In this document: piece after piece, positions 7,845-16,774 of the stretch
Numbering within the stretch: the stretch's first letter is position 1
Layout: each line of letters opens with the position of its first letter
Source: Anaerolineales bacterium
GTDB lineage: Bacteria; Chloroflexota; Anaerolineae; Epilineales; JAANWY01
Length of the DNA: 32,674 nucleotides
Reading direction: 5' to 3'
NCBI GenBank assembly: GCA_018263655.1
Contig: JAANWY010000334.1
Coordinates: forward strand, 1-32,674
Translations under genes and position numbers: made by a program
Notes under the pieces: model-generated
What the model was told of the DNA's origin: nothing
Databases searched by the model: none
The model's input: only the letters and a program-made list of their open reading frames with translations

Positions 7845-8927
7845 ATGGGAGACATCGGCTCACCCCATGACCACTTCTTTCGCATGGCCTTTGGCCGGCC
7901 CGAAGTGGCCAGGGACTTTCTACACCACTACCTGTCACAACCCGTGCGGGACCTGGTGGACCTGTCCACGCTGACCCCGCACAAAGACTCATTTGTCGAC
8001 GAGGAGCTGCGCGACCACTTTTCGGACCTCCTGTACGAGGTCCGCTTGCACAGCGAGAAGCCGGCCTACGTCTACCTGCTCTTCGAGCACAAGAGCTACT
8101 CGGAGCCGCTGATCGCGTTTCAACTGCTACGCTACATGGTGCGCATTTGGGAAGTCGTTCCACGTGGCGCGAAGAACAAGCTGCGGTCCATCATTCCGCT
8201 GGTGCTGTATCACGGCGAGCGGGTGTGGAAGGTAAAGCTGAACTTCGGATCGTTGTTCGAGGGGCCTGAGGAGCTCAAGCGTTACTTTCCGGATTTCGAG
8301 TACCATCTCATTGATCTGTCGGACTACAGTGACGAAGAGATCATCGGTGAAGTGTTGCTACAGGCGTCGCTCCTGCTGCTCAAGCACATCTTTGACCCGG
8401 CGCTGGCGGAGCGACTGCCGGACATTTTTGGGCTGCTGCGCGAGTTGGCACAGCAGCAAACGGGGTTGGAGTATCTGTACGCAGTGTTGCGTTATGTGTC
8501 ACAAGCTGGCAAGACAGTCACAGAAGAAGACCTACGACAGGCCGTAGAGACGGCGTTTTCTAAAGAAGGAGGTGCACTGGTGGCAACCATTGCTGAACGC
8601 TGGACCGAGCAAGGATTTGAGAAGGGGATCGAGCAGGGAATAAAGCAAGGCATCGAGCTTGGTAAGCAAGAAGGGATTCAGCTTGGCAAACAAGCAGGAA
8701 GACACGAGGGGTTGTTGGCCGGCATCGAGATGGCTCTGGAATTGAGATTCGGCGAAGCGGGGTTGCAACTGCTTTCCGAGGTGCAGAAGACCGAGGACTT
8801 GGAGGCCCTACGGGCGCTCTATGCCGGCATCATCACGGCAACCACGTTAGACGAGTTGCGTGAGCGGCTTCAGTCACGGACAACGGAGCAAAAATCGCAG
8901 CCCGAAGAAGAATCTGACGAGACCTGA
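7845..8927 (+). CDS. Rpn family recombination-promoting nuclease / YhgA-like putative transposase (PD-(D/E)XK)
   Basis: PHDHFF, FSDLLYEV, YLLFEHKS, QLLRYMVRIW, IIPLVLYHGE, and C-terminal (E/Q)GxxxG repeats. Start moved from TTG 7809 to ATG 7845. Confidence 0.92.
   Translation: MGDIGSPHDHFFRMAFGRPEVARDFLHHYLSQPVRDLVDLSTLTPHKDSFVDEELRDHFSDLLYEVRLHSEKPAYVYLLFEHKSYSEPLIAFQLLRYMVRIWEVVPRGAKNKLRSIIPLVLYHGERVWKVKLNFGSLFEGPEELKRYFPDFEYHLIDLSDYSDEEIIGEVLLQASLLLLKHIFDPALAERLPDIFGLLRELAQQQTGLEYLYAVLRYVSQAGKTVTEEDLRQAVETAFSKEGGALVATIAERWTEQGFEKGIEQGIKQGIELGKQEGIQLGKQAGRHEGLLAGIEMALELRFGEAGLQLLSEVQKTEDLEALRALYAGIITATTLDELRERLQSRTTEQKSQPEEESDET
8580..8927 (+). CDS. Putative intragenic RpnS antitoxin (in-frame internal start)
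   Basis: AGGAGG (8567-8572), 7 nt, then in-frame GTG at 8580 giving (M)ATIAERW..., the position where Rpn small proteins start. Confidence 0.6.
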   Translation: MATIAERWTEQGFEKGIEQGIKQGIELGKQEGIQLGKQAGRHEGLLAGIEMALELRFGEAGLQLLSEVQKTEDLEALRALYAGIITATTLDELRERLQSRTTEQKSQPEEESDET

Positions 8928-9025
8928 GCTGCCTGAGCGCCCCATCAGGCCATTGAACCACTGAATGCGCTGAGAGCTCCGAATGAGGCCCAATTTCAGT
9001 GTCCTCAGTGATTTAGGAGTGTGTC

Positions 9026-10735
9026 ATGTCAGCCACCAAAGTCGAAATCCGATCCGGCGCCTACTACGATTCCGTCGTCCTGATGCAATTGCAGGCGTCT
9101 CTGCTTGGCCTGTCTGGCGTAGTCGATGCCGGCGTCGTCATGGGCACGGCGGCCAACAAGGATTTGCTGGAGCAGAGCGGCTTGCTGCCGGCCGACGCCG
9201 AAGTGGCCAAGGCCGATGATCTGGTGATCGTGGTCAAAGCCGAGGATGATGCCGGCGCCACCTCCGCGCTGGACCAGGTAGATGAGCTGCTCACCCGCCG
9301 GCGCTCCGCCACCGAGCAAGAATACCTGCCGCAGAGCGTGGAGGCCGCCGCCCAGATGTTGCCCGACGCGCGTTGGGCGCTCGTGTCGGCGCCGGGGCGC
9401 TACGCCGCCGGCGTGGCGCGCGACGCCCTGCGAGCCGGCAAGAACGTCTTCCTCTACAGCGACAACGTCTCCCTCGATGACGAAATTGCGCTGAAGAAAT
9501 CGGCGGCCGAAAAAGGTCTGTTGGTCATTGGGCCGGACTGCGGCACGGCCATCGTCAACGGTGTCGGCCTGGGCTTTGCCAACCGCGTGCGGCGCGGACC
9601 AATTGGGCTGGTGGCAGCGTCGGGAACCGGCTTGCAAGCTGTCACGACGCGCATCCACCGATTGGGCAGCGGCATCACCCACGCCCTGGGCACCGGCGGG
9701 CGCGATCTGGCTGAGTCCGTAGGCGCGGTCACGGCTCGACAGGGACTCGATCTCCTCAGCCGAGACGCCGAGACGCAAGTGATTGTGCTGATTTCGAAGC
9801 CGCCGGCGCCCAAAGTCGCCCATAATCTGCTGCGTGTCGCGCGAGCCGTGGGGAAGCCGGTCGTGGTGGATTTCGTGGGCTACGCGCCGCCGGCCTCGCA
9901 GCAGGGCAACATCCACTTTGCCACGACGTTTGACCAGGCCGCCAAATTGGCTGCCGAACTGACTAGCTCAGCGTCCGATGAGGGGCCGGCCGCCGACCTC
10001 GACGCCGATCGCTTTGCGGCGGGGCAGCGCTATCTGCGCGGGCTCTTCTCCGGCGGCACGCTGGCCTACGAAGCGTTGCTGGTGCTCCAGGAATACGTGC
10101 CGGCCGTCTACTCCAACGTCCCGCTGGACAAGGACTATCGCCTGGAAGACCCACTGGTCAGCCAGGCGCACACTGTCGTCGATCTGGGCGAGGACGCGTT
10201 CACCGTGGGCCGGCTTCACCCGATGATGGACAACGAGCTCCGCATCCGCCGGCTCCGCCAGGAAGCTGCTGATCCCGAGGTGGCCGTGATCTTGCTGGAC
10301 ATCGTTCTCGGCTACGGCGCCCATCCCGATCCCGCCGGCGAGCTGGGGCCGGCCATCGCCGAAGTGCGGGCGCAGGCGGAGGGTGCCGGCCGGCGCCTGG
10401 AAGTCGTCGCCGTCGTTGTCGGCACGGACGAGGACCCGCAGGACTTCGAATCGCAGGTTGAGCAACTCGAAGCTGCCGGCGCCCACGTCGAGACGAGCAA
10501 TGAAGCGGCTGCGCGCTATGCCGGCCGGCTGGTCCGCGCCCGCAACACGCCCTCCGGCCTACCCCCAGTCGATCTCGCCGTCTTGCATGATCCACTGACC
10601 GCCATCAACGTCGGACTGGAAACCTTCACTGAGAGCTTGCGGGCTCAGGGTGCCCAAGTCGTGCAAGTCGATTGGAAGCCGCCGGCGGGCGGAAACGAGC
10701 AGTTGATGGCGATCTTGGAGCGAATGAAAAGCTAG
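9026..10735 (+). CDS. fdrA: FdrA/YahF family acyl-CoA-synthetase-like protein (AllF-like oxamate carbamoyltransferase component)
   Basis: YYDSVVLM, VVMGTAANK, FLYSDNV, IGPDCGTA, ASGTGLQ, GTGGRDL, GLFSGGTL, GRLHPMMD, and a YahF-type tail VDWKPPAGG. RBS AGGAG. Confidence 0.9.
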   Translation: MSATKVEIRSGAYYDSVVLMQLQASLLGLSGVVDAGVVMGTAANKDLLEQSGLLPADAEVAKADDLVIVVKAEDDAGATSALDQVDELLTRRRSATEQEYLPQSVEAAAQMLPDARWALVSAPGRYAAGVARDALRAGKNVFLYSDNVSLDDEIALKKSAAEKGLLVIGPDCGTAIVNGVGLGFANRVRRGPIGLVAASGTGLQAVTTRIHRLGSGITHALGTGGRDLAESVGAVTARQGLDLLSRDAETQVIVLISKPPAPKVAHNLLRVARAVGKPVVVDFVGYAPPASQQGNIHFATTFDQAAKLAAELTSSASDEGPAADLDADRFAAGQRYLRGLFSGGTLAYEALLVLQEYVPAVYSNVPLDKDYRLEDPLVSQAHTVVDLGEDAFTVGRLHPMMDNELRIRRLRQEAADPEVAVILLDIVLGYGAHPDPAGELGPAIAEVRAQAEGAGRRLEVVAVVVGTDEDPQDFESQVEQLEAAGAHVETSNEAAARYAGRLVRARNTPSGLPPVDLAVLHDPLTAINVGLETFTESLRAQGAQVVQVDWKPPAGGNEQLMAILERMKS

Positions 10736-10762
10736 ATTGAGAGTTGCCGAGCAGGGATAGCG

Positions 10763-11017
10763 ATGGAGAAACAGCTCGAAACGCCTAGCGGTACAGCAAT
10801 TGAGGCGCTGCAATTGGAGCCCATTGATTGGCAACAGCTTGAACTACTGGCGCGGCTTACGCCGGCCCAACGTGTCCTGGCCACGATCCGGGCTGCGGAG
10901 TTCGTCCGCGCCGGCCTGCGAGGCACGTTCCGCCGTCGATTCCCGGAGCTATCCGATGAAGAGATCAATATGAAAGTGCTGGCACATCTGACACCGCTGC
11001 GCGGATACAACGCATGA
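10763..11017 (+). CDS. Small protein, MenA1-like antitoxin candidate
   Basis: 84 aa with LTPAQRV...LRGTFRRRFPELSDEEI. ATGA-coupled to a nucleotidyltransferase gene. Confidence 0.6.
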   Translation: MEKQLETPSGTAIEALQLEPIDWQQLELLARLTPAQRVLATIRAAEFVRAGLRGTFRRRFPELSDEEINMKVLAHLTPLRGYNA

Positions 11018-11464
11018 GCAGCCTGGGATTCTACTTCGATGTAGTGCGAGCGTTGGAGAAAATCGGCGCGCCGTACATATTGATTGGCGCTTTCGCCGCA
11101 TCAGCCTTTGGCGTGACTCGGGCAACGTTCGACGTGGATATCATGGTTGATTTGCAGGAATCCCACTTTGATGCTCTGGCAAGACGTTTCCCACCGCCTC
11201 GCTATTACGCAGATCCTCAACAGATGCGCAATTCTACTCGTGTGGGGATCATGTTCAATATCATCGATACCAGTCAAGGGGTCAAGGCCGATCTTGTTCC
11301 GTTATCTGGCAAGCCGGCCTATCGTGAAGCGTTTACGCGACGTATCCGTCGAACCTTCCAGGATGAGAGCGGAGACGAATTCGAAGGTGTTGGAGATCTG
11401 GCAAGCGTTGCTTGAGCAGGCGAGGACAGAGATCGCAGGCCGAGATCAGTCAGCAAGCAGTTGA
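11014..11464 (+). pseudogene. Nucleotidyltransferase (MenT1/DUF6036-like toxin), internally deleted and frameshifted
   Basis: N-terminal IGAFAASAFGVTRATFDVD NTase motif. The frame ends at 11415 after 133 aa, while a plausible native C-terminus (VLEIWQALLEQAR) lies in another frame ending at 11464. Confidence 0.62.
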
Positions 11465-11484
11465 TTGATGAGGAGACACAATCT

Positions 11485-12726
11485 ATGGACATAGAAGAAG
11501 CAAACACTGATGCCGCGCAACGCATGATCGAAGCCCGCCCGGTGCTGGTTGGACTGCGGAAGGCGCGGGATGTGATTCCCGGCATGCGTGACAATCTGCT
11601 ATTGCACGCCGGCCCACCCATCACGTGGGACCGCGCTTCGGGACCGCTGCGGGGCGCCATCATCGGCGCGTTGATCTTCGAGGGCCTTGCTGATGACGAA
11701 GACGCCGCTGAGGCAATGGTCGTGAACGGCGAGATCGATCTGGAGCCGTGCCACCACCACCAGACTGTCGGGCCGATGGCCGGCGTGATCTCGCCCTCCA
11801 TGTCAGTCTACATCGTCGAGAATGAGACCCACGGCAACAAATCGTACTCGAACATCAACGAGGGCTACGGCAAGGTGCTGCGCTACGGCGCCTACAGCGA
11901 GGACGTGCAAGAGCGCCTGCGTTGGATGGAAGACGTGATGGCGCCCGTCCTGGCCGATGCCATCGCTGCCAGCGAGGGAATTGACATTCGCACGTTGCTC
12001 TCGGAAGCTTTGCACATGGGTGACGAAGGCCACAACCGGAACAAGGCCGGCTCGTTACTTTTCTTGAAGGCACTCTCGCCGCATGTGGCGAAGGTCGCCG
12101 GCAGCGTCGAGACCGCTTCGGAGGTTCTCGGATTCATCGGCGACAACGCGCTGAGCGTGCTGAACCCGGTTATGGCAGCCTGCAAGGCCATGGCGGATGC
12201 CGGCCACGACGTCGAAGGCAGCACCATCGTCACCGTCATGGCGCGCAACGGCACCGACTTCGGGATTCGCATCAGCGGGCTGGGGGAGCGGTGGTTCACG
12301 GCGCCGGCCGACGTGCCAGACGGCCTCTATTTTCCGAGCTTCGAGGCGGACGATGCCAACGCCGATATTGGCGACAGCACGATTACGGAGACAGCCGGCA
12401 TCGGCGGATTCGCCATGGCAGCAGCCCCGGCCATTGTCACCTTCGTCAGCGGCACGCCCAAGGACGCCGTGAACACGACGATGGAGATGTACGAGATCAA
12501 CTACGCGGAGCACAAGCACTTCACCATCCCGCAACTCGACTTCCGGGGCACGCCCACCGGCATCGACGTACGCAAAGTGGTCGAGAAGGGCATCACGCCC
12601 TGCGTCAACACCGGCATCGCGCACAAGGAGCCGGGCATCGGACAGATTGGGGCCGGCCTGGTGCGCCCACCGATGGCGATTTTTGAAGAGGCGCTGGTCG
12701 CCTTCGCTGAAGAGTATGGATACTAA
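11485..12726 (+). CDS. ylbE: DUF1116 protein (YlbE/YahG, AllG-like)
   Basis: LLHAGPPI, GPMAGVISPSM, NEGYGKVLRYGAY, MGDEGHNRN, MARNG, DIGDSTITET, NTGIAHK, GQIGAG. RBS GAGGAG before ATG 11485. Confidence 0.9.
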   Translation: MDIEEANTDAAQRMIEARPVLVGLRKARDVIPGMRDNLLLHAGPPITWDRASGPLRGAIIGALIFEGLADDEDAAEAMVVNGEIDLEPCHHHQTVGPMAGVISPSMSVYIVENETHGNKSYSNINEGYGKVLRYGAYSEDVQERLRWMEDVMAPVLADAIAASEGIDIRTLLSEALHMGDEGHNRNKAGSLLFLKALSPHVAKVAGSVETASEVLGFIGDNALSVLNPVMAACKAMADAGHDVEGSTIVTVMARNGTDFGIRISGLGERWFTAPADVPDGLYFPSFEADDANADIGDSTITETAGIGGFAMAAAPAIVTFVSGTPKDAVNTTMEMYEINYAEHKHFTIPQLDFRGTPTGIDVRKVVEKGITPCVNTGIAHKEPGIGQIGAGLVRPPMAIFEEALVAFAEEYGY

Positions 12727-12805
12727 ATTGGAGACTGGAGATTAGAGATCAGAGATTGGAGACTGTAATATCCGCAATCTCTAATCTCCAGTCTCTAGTC
12801 TCTAT
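12727..12805. repeat. Inverted heptamer tandem repeat array (TGGAGAC/TAGAGAT vs ATCTCTA/GTCTCTA)
   Basis: ttggagac tggagat tagagat cagagat tggagac ... aatctct aatctcc agtctct agtctct between ylbE and the cyclase gene. Confidence 0.75.
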
Positions 12806-12818
12806 CTTGGAGGATTAT

Positions 12819-14492
12819 ATGGACAGAGAAGCATTCATCAAAACCCTAGCCGATGCCGAACTCTACGACCTGACCCAGGGGTGCAGCATCTTCACCCCTC
12901 CCTTTCCCGGTGAAAAGGCACTGGACATTCACTTCTTCAAGCGGGTGACGGGGGCCCAGGGCGGCGGTCGGGGGGCCAATGGGCAACTGATCAGCTGGAG
13001 CAACACCGCCGGCACGCATTTGGTAGGCGAGCGGGCGTTTCATTCTGCCGGCCGGGCCATCGCCGACGTCCCGCTGGAAGACCTGTGCGGTCCCGGCGTC
13101 GTCGTCGACATCTCGGACGCCGTCTCAGACTACAGTCTCTACACGCCCGAGATGATCACCAGCCGCGCCGACGTCCGCGAGGGCGATATTCTGATCATCA
13201 ACACGGGCTATCACCGCTATTCCTGGGATCAGCCCGATATCCACAACGAAAGCGCTCAGGGCGGTGTGGAGTCCAAAGAATTCGGCTTCCTGGTCCGACA
13301 TCCGGGGCCACATCCGGATTTCTTTCAGTGGGCGCTGGACATGAACCTCAAGGTGATCGGCGTCGACTGTGGCTCGGCGGAGCATCCTATGAACACCCCC
13401 ATACGCTACATGCACGAGCGGGAGTTCCAGAAGGCTGAAGCGAAGCTGGAGGCAGAGTACGGGAAATCCTGGGACGAAATGTTCCCGCCCGAAGAATACT
13501 ACGCGATGACGCACATCAAGATGCCCAAGTCGCATCTCTTGCTGGCCGAATCCATCGTGGGCGACATCGACAAATTGAACAATCAGCGCGCCTGGCTCAT
13601 GATTCAGCCTATTCCGTTCATGGAAGTCGGGACAGCCTGGTCACGCGTCGTCGCTTATCAGCCGCCGGCCAACATGGACGAAGACGCTTTCTTCGACATC
13701 ATGGGCTCAGCCGAAACGCTGGACCTCACACTGCCCTTCAGCGTTCAGACGCCGCAGTGGGCCAACTACGAGCCGCTCACCGTGACCTACACCAAGCGCG
13801 TTGGCGGCCAGGCCTTCGGGATGGGCAGAAACGGCGCGACCTGCAAAGCCAGTTTCCACCTGGCGACCCACATGGACGGCGAGAAACACTTCTGGCCCAA
13901 CGGTCGCACGATTGGCGAGGTCCCGCTGGAGCATTGGGTCGGACCGGGCGTGATTGCCGACATCTCAGACATGGTGAGCGATTCCAGCGTCTACACACCG
14001 GAGATGATCGAAAGCGTCGTCGATGTTCGCAAAGGCGATATCCTCCTCATCAAGACCGGCTGGCACAAATACGGCTGGAACAGCCCCGACTCCGACGAAT
14101 TCCGCTACATGATCAAACACCCCGGTCCGTCGCCGGACTTCTCCCAGTGGTGCGTCGATAAGGAGATCAAGTGGCTGGGCATCGACGCTGTGAGTCAGGA
14201 TCATCCGATGAACACCATTCAGCGGATCTGGCATCCCAAAACGTTCGAGGAAGCCAACCTCAAGCTCCAGGAGCAGTTCGGCAAAGATTGGGACGAGATG
14301 TATCCGCTGGATCAGTACTATCAAGACACGCATCTGAATCTCTTCCCGAAGGGCATCGTGCACGCCGAGAACTTGGGGAAGGATATTGCCGGCGCGCCCA
14401 GCGGACGGTACTACCTCGGCTGCTTCTTGCAGAAGGGGATGGAGTGCGCGTCGATGTGGGGGCGCTTCGTGGCTTTCCGTGAAGGAGGTTGA
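12819..14492 (+). CDS. Tandem double cyclase-family (kynurenine formamidase/isatin hydrolase-like) metal amidohydrolase
   Basis: Two homologous halves (DLT...GTH...GPGV(V/I)xDISD...YTPEMI...HPGP...HPMNT). Second half has HLATHMDGEKH. RBS GGAGG before ATG 12819. Confidence 0.85.
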   Translation: MDREAFIKTLADAELYDLTQGCSIFTPPFPGEKALDIHFFKRVTGAQGGGRGANGQLISWSNTAGTHLVGERAFHSAGRAIADVPLEDLCGPGVVVDISDAVSDYSLYTPEMITSRADVREGDILIINTGYHRYSWDQPDIHNESAQGGVESKEFGFLVRHPGPHPDFFQWALDMNLKVIGVDCGSAEHPMNTPIRYMHEREFQKAEAKLEAEYGKSWDEMFPPEEYYAMTHIKMPKSHLLLAESIVGDIDKLNNQRAWLMIQPIPFMEVGTAWSRVVAYQPPANMDEDAFFDIMGSAETLDLTLPFSVQTPQWANYEPLTVTYTKRVGGQAFGMGRNGATCKASFHLATHMDGEKHFWPNGRTIGEVPLEHWVGPGVIADISDMVSDSSVYTPEMIESVVDVRKGDILLIKTGWHKYGWNSPDSDEFRYMIKHPGPSPDFSQWCVDKEIKWLGIDAVSQDHPMNTIQRIWHPKTFEEANLKLQEQFGKDWDEMYPLDQYYQDTHLNLFPKGIVHAENLGKDIAGAPSGRYYLGCFLQKGMECASMWGRFVAFREGG

Positions 14493-14494
14493 CG

Positions 14495-14935
14495 ATGCAG
14501 GGAATTATCGCGAGACACGGGCCAGAAGGATTCACACAAAGAGAGGAAATCCGTGAGATTATGGAGCCTCTTTTGAGGTCGGAAGAGCTGGGCGGCATCA
14601 TCCGATTCTCGGGCTTGACCGTCGAGGATGGGCGAAAGTTGCTGGAGTTGCTCCCGCCGGCCAACAGAGAATGCTATCATAACGCTGCACCTTCTTTCTC
14701 CGAGTTCGTCCTCGAGGTCGGCGAAAGATTCCCGGATGCGCTCTTTTTCGGCCATCAGGTAATTCCCGAACGGGAAGACGAGTGTATCTCGATTGAGGGA
14801 GTTCTGTTACCGATGACGTCTCCTTCCTCGGACAGGGTGTTGGGTGTCATGAAGCAGTTCGCTCAAAGCGAACCTGACGAACTCGATCCGTGGGAGCACG
14901 AAGATAAGTCGTACTGGCGACTGTGGTGGGATTGA
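14495..14935 (+). CDS. Hypothetical acidic protein ending WRLWWD
   Basis: ORF with GGAGG RBS, tightly packed between the cyclase and DinB genes. No family recognised with confidence. Confidence 0.6.
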   Translation: MQGIIARHGPEGFTQREEIREIMEPLLRSEELGGIIRFSGLTVEDGRKLLELLPPANRECYHNAAPSFSEFVLEVGERFPDALFFGHQVIPEREDECISIEGVLLPMTSPSSDRVLGVMKQFAQSEPDELDPWEHEDKSYWRLWWD

Positions 14936-14936
14936 C

Positions 14937-15455
14937 GTGAAACAGATGAATCCGGAAGTAGAACAGTACTTGTCCATGATCGAAGACTTGCGTGAGCAGG
15001 CCGGTGAACTGATCGCTGATTTGCCGGTCGAAGCCCTCAACTGGCGCCCCATCGAGGGCGCCGACGACCACGCGACGAACTCGCTGGCTGCCCTGGCGGC
15101 CCATGTCGCCGGCGCGGAACGCTTCTGGATCGCCGAAGTGATCGGGCGCCGGCCCCCAACCCGAGACCGCGACGCCGAATTCGCCACTCAGGCCGCCGAC
15201 GCCGCTGAGGTGCAGCGCCGGCTGGAAGAGGTAGGCTCCGAGACGCGTGAGGTCTTGTCGAACCTTTCCGAATCGGAGTTGGGAAGTACGCGCGAGGCGA
15301 GGGGGCGCGAGGTTCCCGTCCGGTGGGCGATTCTGCACGTGATCGACCACACGGCGTTGCACCTGGGCCACATGCAACTGACGTACCAGTTATGGATGTC
15401 GGGGCGTGCCGGCCCCTCACCGCGTTGGTTTCAACGGCTGTCTTCGGGTCCGTAG
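14937..15455 (+). CDS. DinB/DUF664 family protein
   Basis: NSLAALAAHVAGAERFW and WAILHVIDHTALHLGH give the DinB His triad. Start may be ATG 14946. Confidence 0.85.
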   Translation: MKQMNPEVEQYLSMIEDLREQAGELIADLPVEALNWRPIEGADDHATNSLAALAAHVAGAERFWIAEVIGRRPPTRDRDAEFATQAADAAEVQRRLEEVGSETREVLSNLSESELGSTREARGREVPVRWAILHVIDHTALHLGHMQLTYQLWMSGRAGPSPRWFQRLSSGP

Positions 15456-15630
15456 CTTGACATTGTTGAATTCGGTTCAGAAACAGTCTTTTGATCGCCG
15501 AAGAGCCTGTGCTGAGCGTAGCCGAAGTATCTCCTGGCCGAGGCGAATCGGGCTCGGTCAGGCCTGCCTGTGCATCGCACGCAGACAGGAGACCTTCGCC
15601 CAACACGTCAGGTAATTTAACATTGTCGAG
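15456..15630. mobile_element. MITE-C copy 1
   Basis: Ends cttgacattgt / acattgtcgag with core tctcctggccgagg...ctcggtcagg...agaccttcgcccaac. Homologous to 23162, 25458 and 32256. Flanking GTAG is restored on the right once MITE-B is removed. Confidence 0.8.
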
Positions 15631-15632
15631 GT

Positions 15633-15755
15633 GGCTTTGGTCATCGTTTCGGCCGTTGGCTTCCGCCTGCTCCCGCTGGATCGCCAAATCCAGCGGTTAT
15701 GGCTTGGATTTGGCAATCCAAGCCGAGCTAAGTGGCCGAAACGATGATCATACTT
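15633..15755. mobile_element. MITE-B copy 2 (inverted relative to copy 1)
   Basis: Reverse complement of 4788-4909. Flanks GTCGAGGT (15625-15632) / GTCGAAGT (15756-15763), an 8-bp TSD with 1 mismatch. Confidence 0.82.
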
Positions 15756-15883
15756 GTCGAAGTAGATAGCAAATAGTAGGTCGGAAGGAGATGATGCTGT
15801 GTCACAGCGAAGAGTCGCTCGTGAAGACGGTCACGCTTGATGAGCCACGTTCCGGCTGAGTTACGACGGGAAGAGAGAGTGAT

Positions 15884-16774
15884 ATGAAACCACCGCCCTT
15901 CGAATACTTCGCTCCAACCACTATCGAAGAAGCGCTCGATCTGCTGGACGAGCACGGATGGGACGCCAAGCCGCTGGCCGGCGGCCAGAGCCTGATTCCG
16001 ACACTTAACTTCCGCTTAGCTCAGCCGGCCGTCCTCGTCGACCTGAACAACATTTCGGATCTGTTCTACGTTCGCCCCGGGATCAACGGCAGCGTCCGCA
16101 TCGGAGCGATGGCGCGTCATTCCCAGGTAGAGCGCGATGCGCTGATCGCCGAACGCGTGCCGCTGGTGCACGAGGCGATACCGCTGATCGCACACGCACA
16201 GATTCGCAATCGGGGCACGTTCGGTGGTAGTTTGGCACACAACGATCCAGCGGCGGAATTGCCGGCAGTCACACTGGCCCTGGACGGCCGGCTGCGGGTG
16301 CGGAGTCTGTCGCGGGAGCGCTGGGTGCCGGCTGGGGAGTTCTTTCTCGGCCTCTTCGCCACCGCGCTGGAGCCGGACGAGCTGCTGGTGGAAGTCGAGG
16401 TGCCGGCGCTCCCACCCCGCAGCGGCTGGGCGATCCGCGAGATGGCCCGCCGGCCGGGCGACTTCGCCCTCCTCGGCGTGACGGCCGTGATCACGTTGGA
16501 TGATGAGAATGAGTGTCAAGCGGCGCGCCTCGTCTTCTTCAGCACCGGCGGCGAGGATCCGACTGATGCACGTCAAGCCGCCGAAGTGCTCATCGGCGAG
16601 GCGCCGACGCCAGACGTCATTCGGGCCACAGCCGAGACGGCGGCCAGCGAAGACATCGATCCGACGGGCGACATTCACGCCTCGGCCGAGTACCGCCGGC
16701 ACCTGGCGAAGGTGTTGGCATGCCAGGCGTTGGAACAGGCACTGGAGCGAGTGACCACGGGCGCTCTGTACTAA
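15884..16774 (+). CDS. Xanthine dehydrogenase/CODH family FAD-binding medium subunit (CoxM-like)
   Basis: MKPPPFEY, LAGGQSLIP, QIRNRGTFGGSLAHNDPAAE, RRPGDFA, DIHASAEYRR. Confidence 0.93.
   Translation: MKPPPFEYFAPTTIEEALDLLDEHGWDAKPLAGGQSLIPTLNFRLAQPAVLVDLNNISDLFYVRPGINGSVRIGAMARHSQVERDALIAERVPLVHEAIPLIAHAQIRNRGTFGGSLAHNDPAAELPAVTLALDGRLRVRSLSRERWVPAGEFFLGLFATALEPDELLVEVEVPALPPRSGWAIREMARRPGDFALLGVTAVITLDDENECQAARLVFFSTGGEDPTDARQAAEVLIGEAPTPDVIRATAETAASEDIDPTGDIHASAEYRRHLAKVLACQALEQALERVTTGALY

Noticed and set aside
7845-8927. Rpn/YhgA as the transposase that mobilises the MITEs
   Set aside because: Rpn proteins are PD-(D/E)XK nucleases with no demonstrated transposition, the gene has no TIRs or TSD, and the MITE ends point to DDE families not encoded in this window.
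8955-9013. Imperfect inverted repeat cactgaatgcgctgag / ttcagtgtcctcagtg before fdrA
   Set aside because: Too degenerate and single-copy in this window to call as an element or terminator.
15791-15859. Short ORF MMLCHSEESLVKTVTLDEPRSG with GGAG upstream of the coxM-like gene
   Set aside because: 22 codons with no recognisable similarity; cannot be distinguished from chance or a gene remnant.
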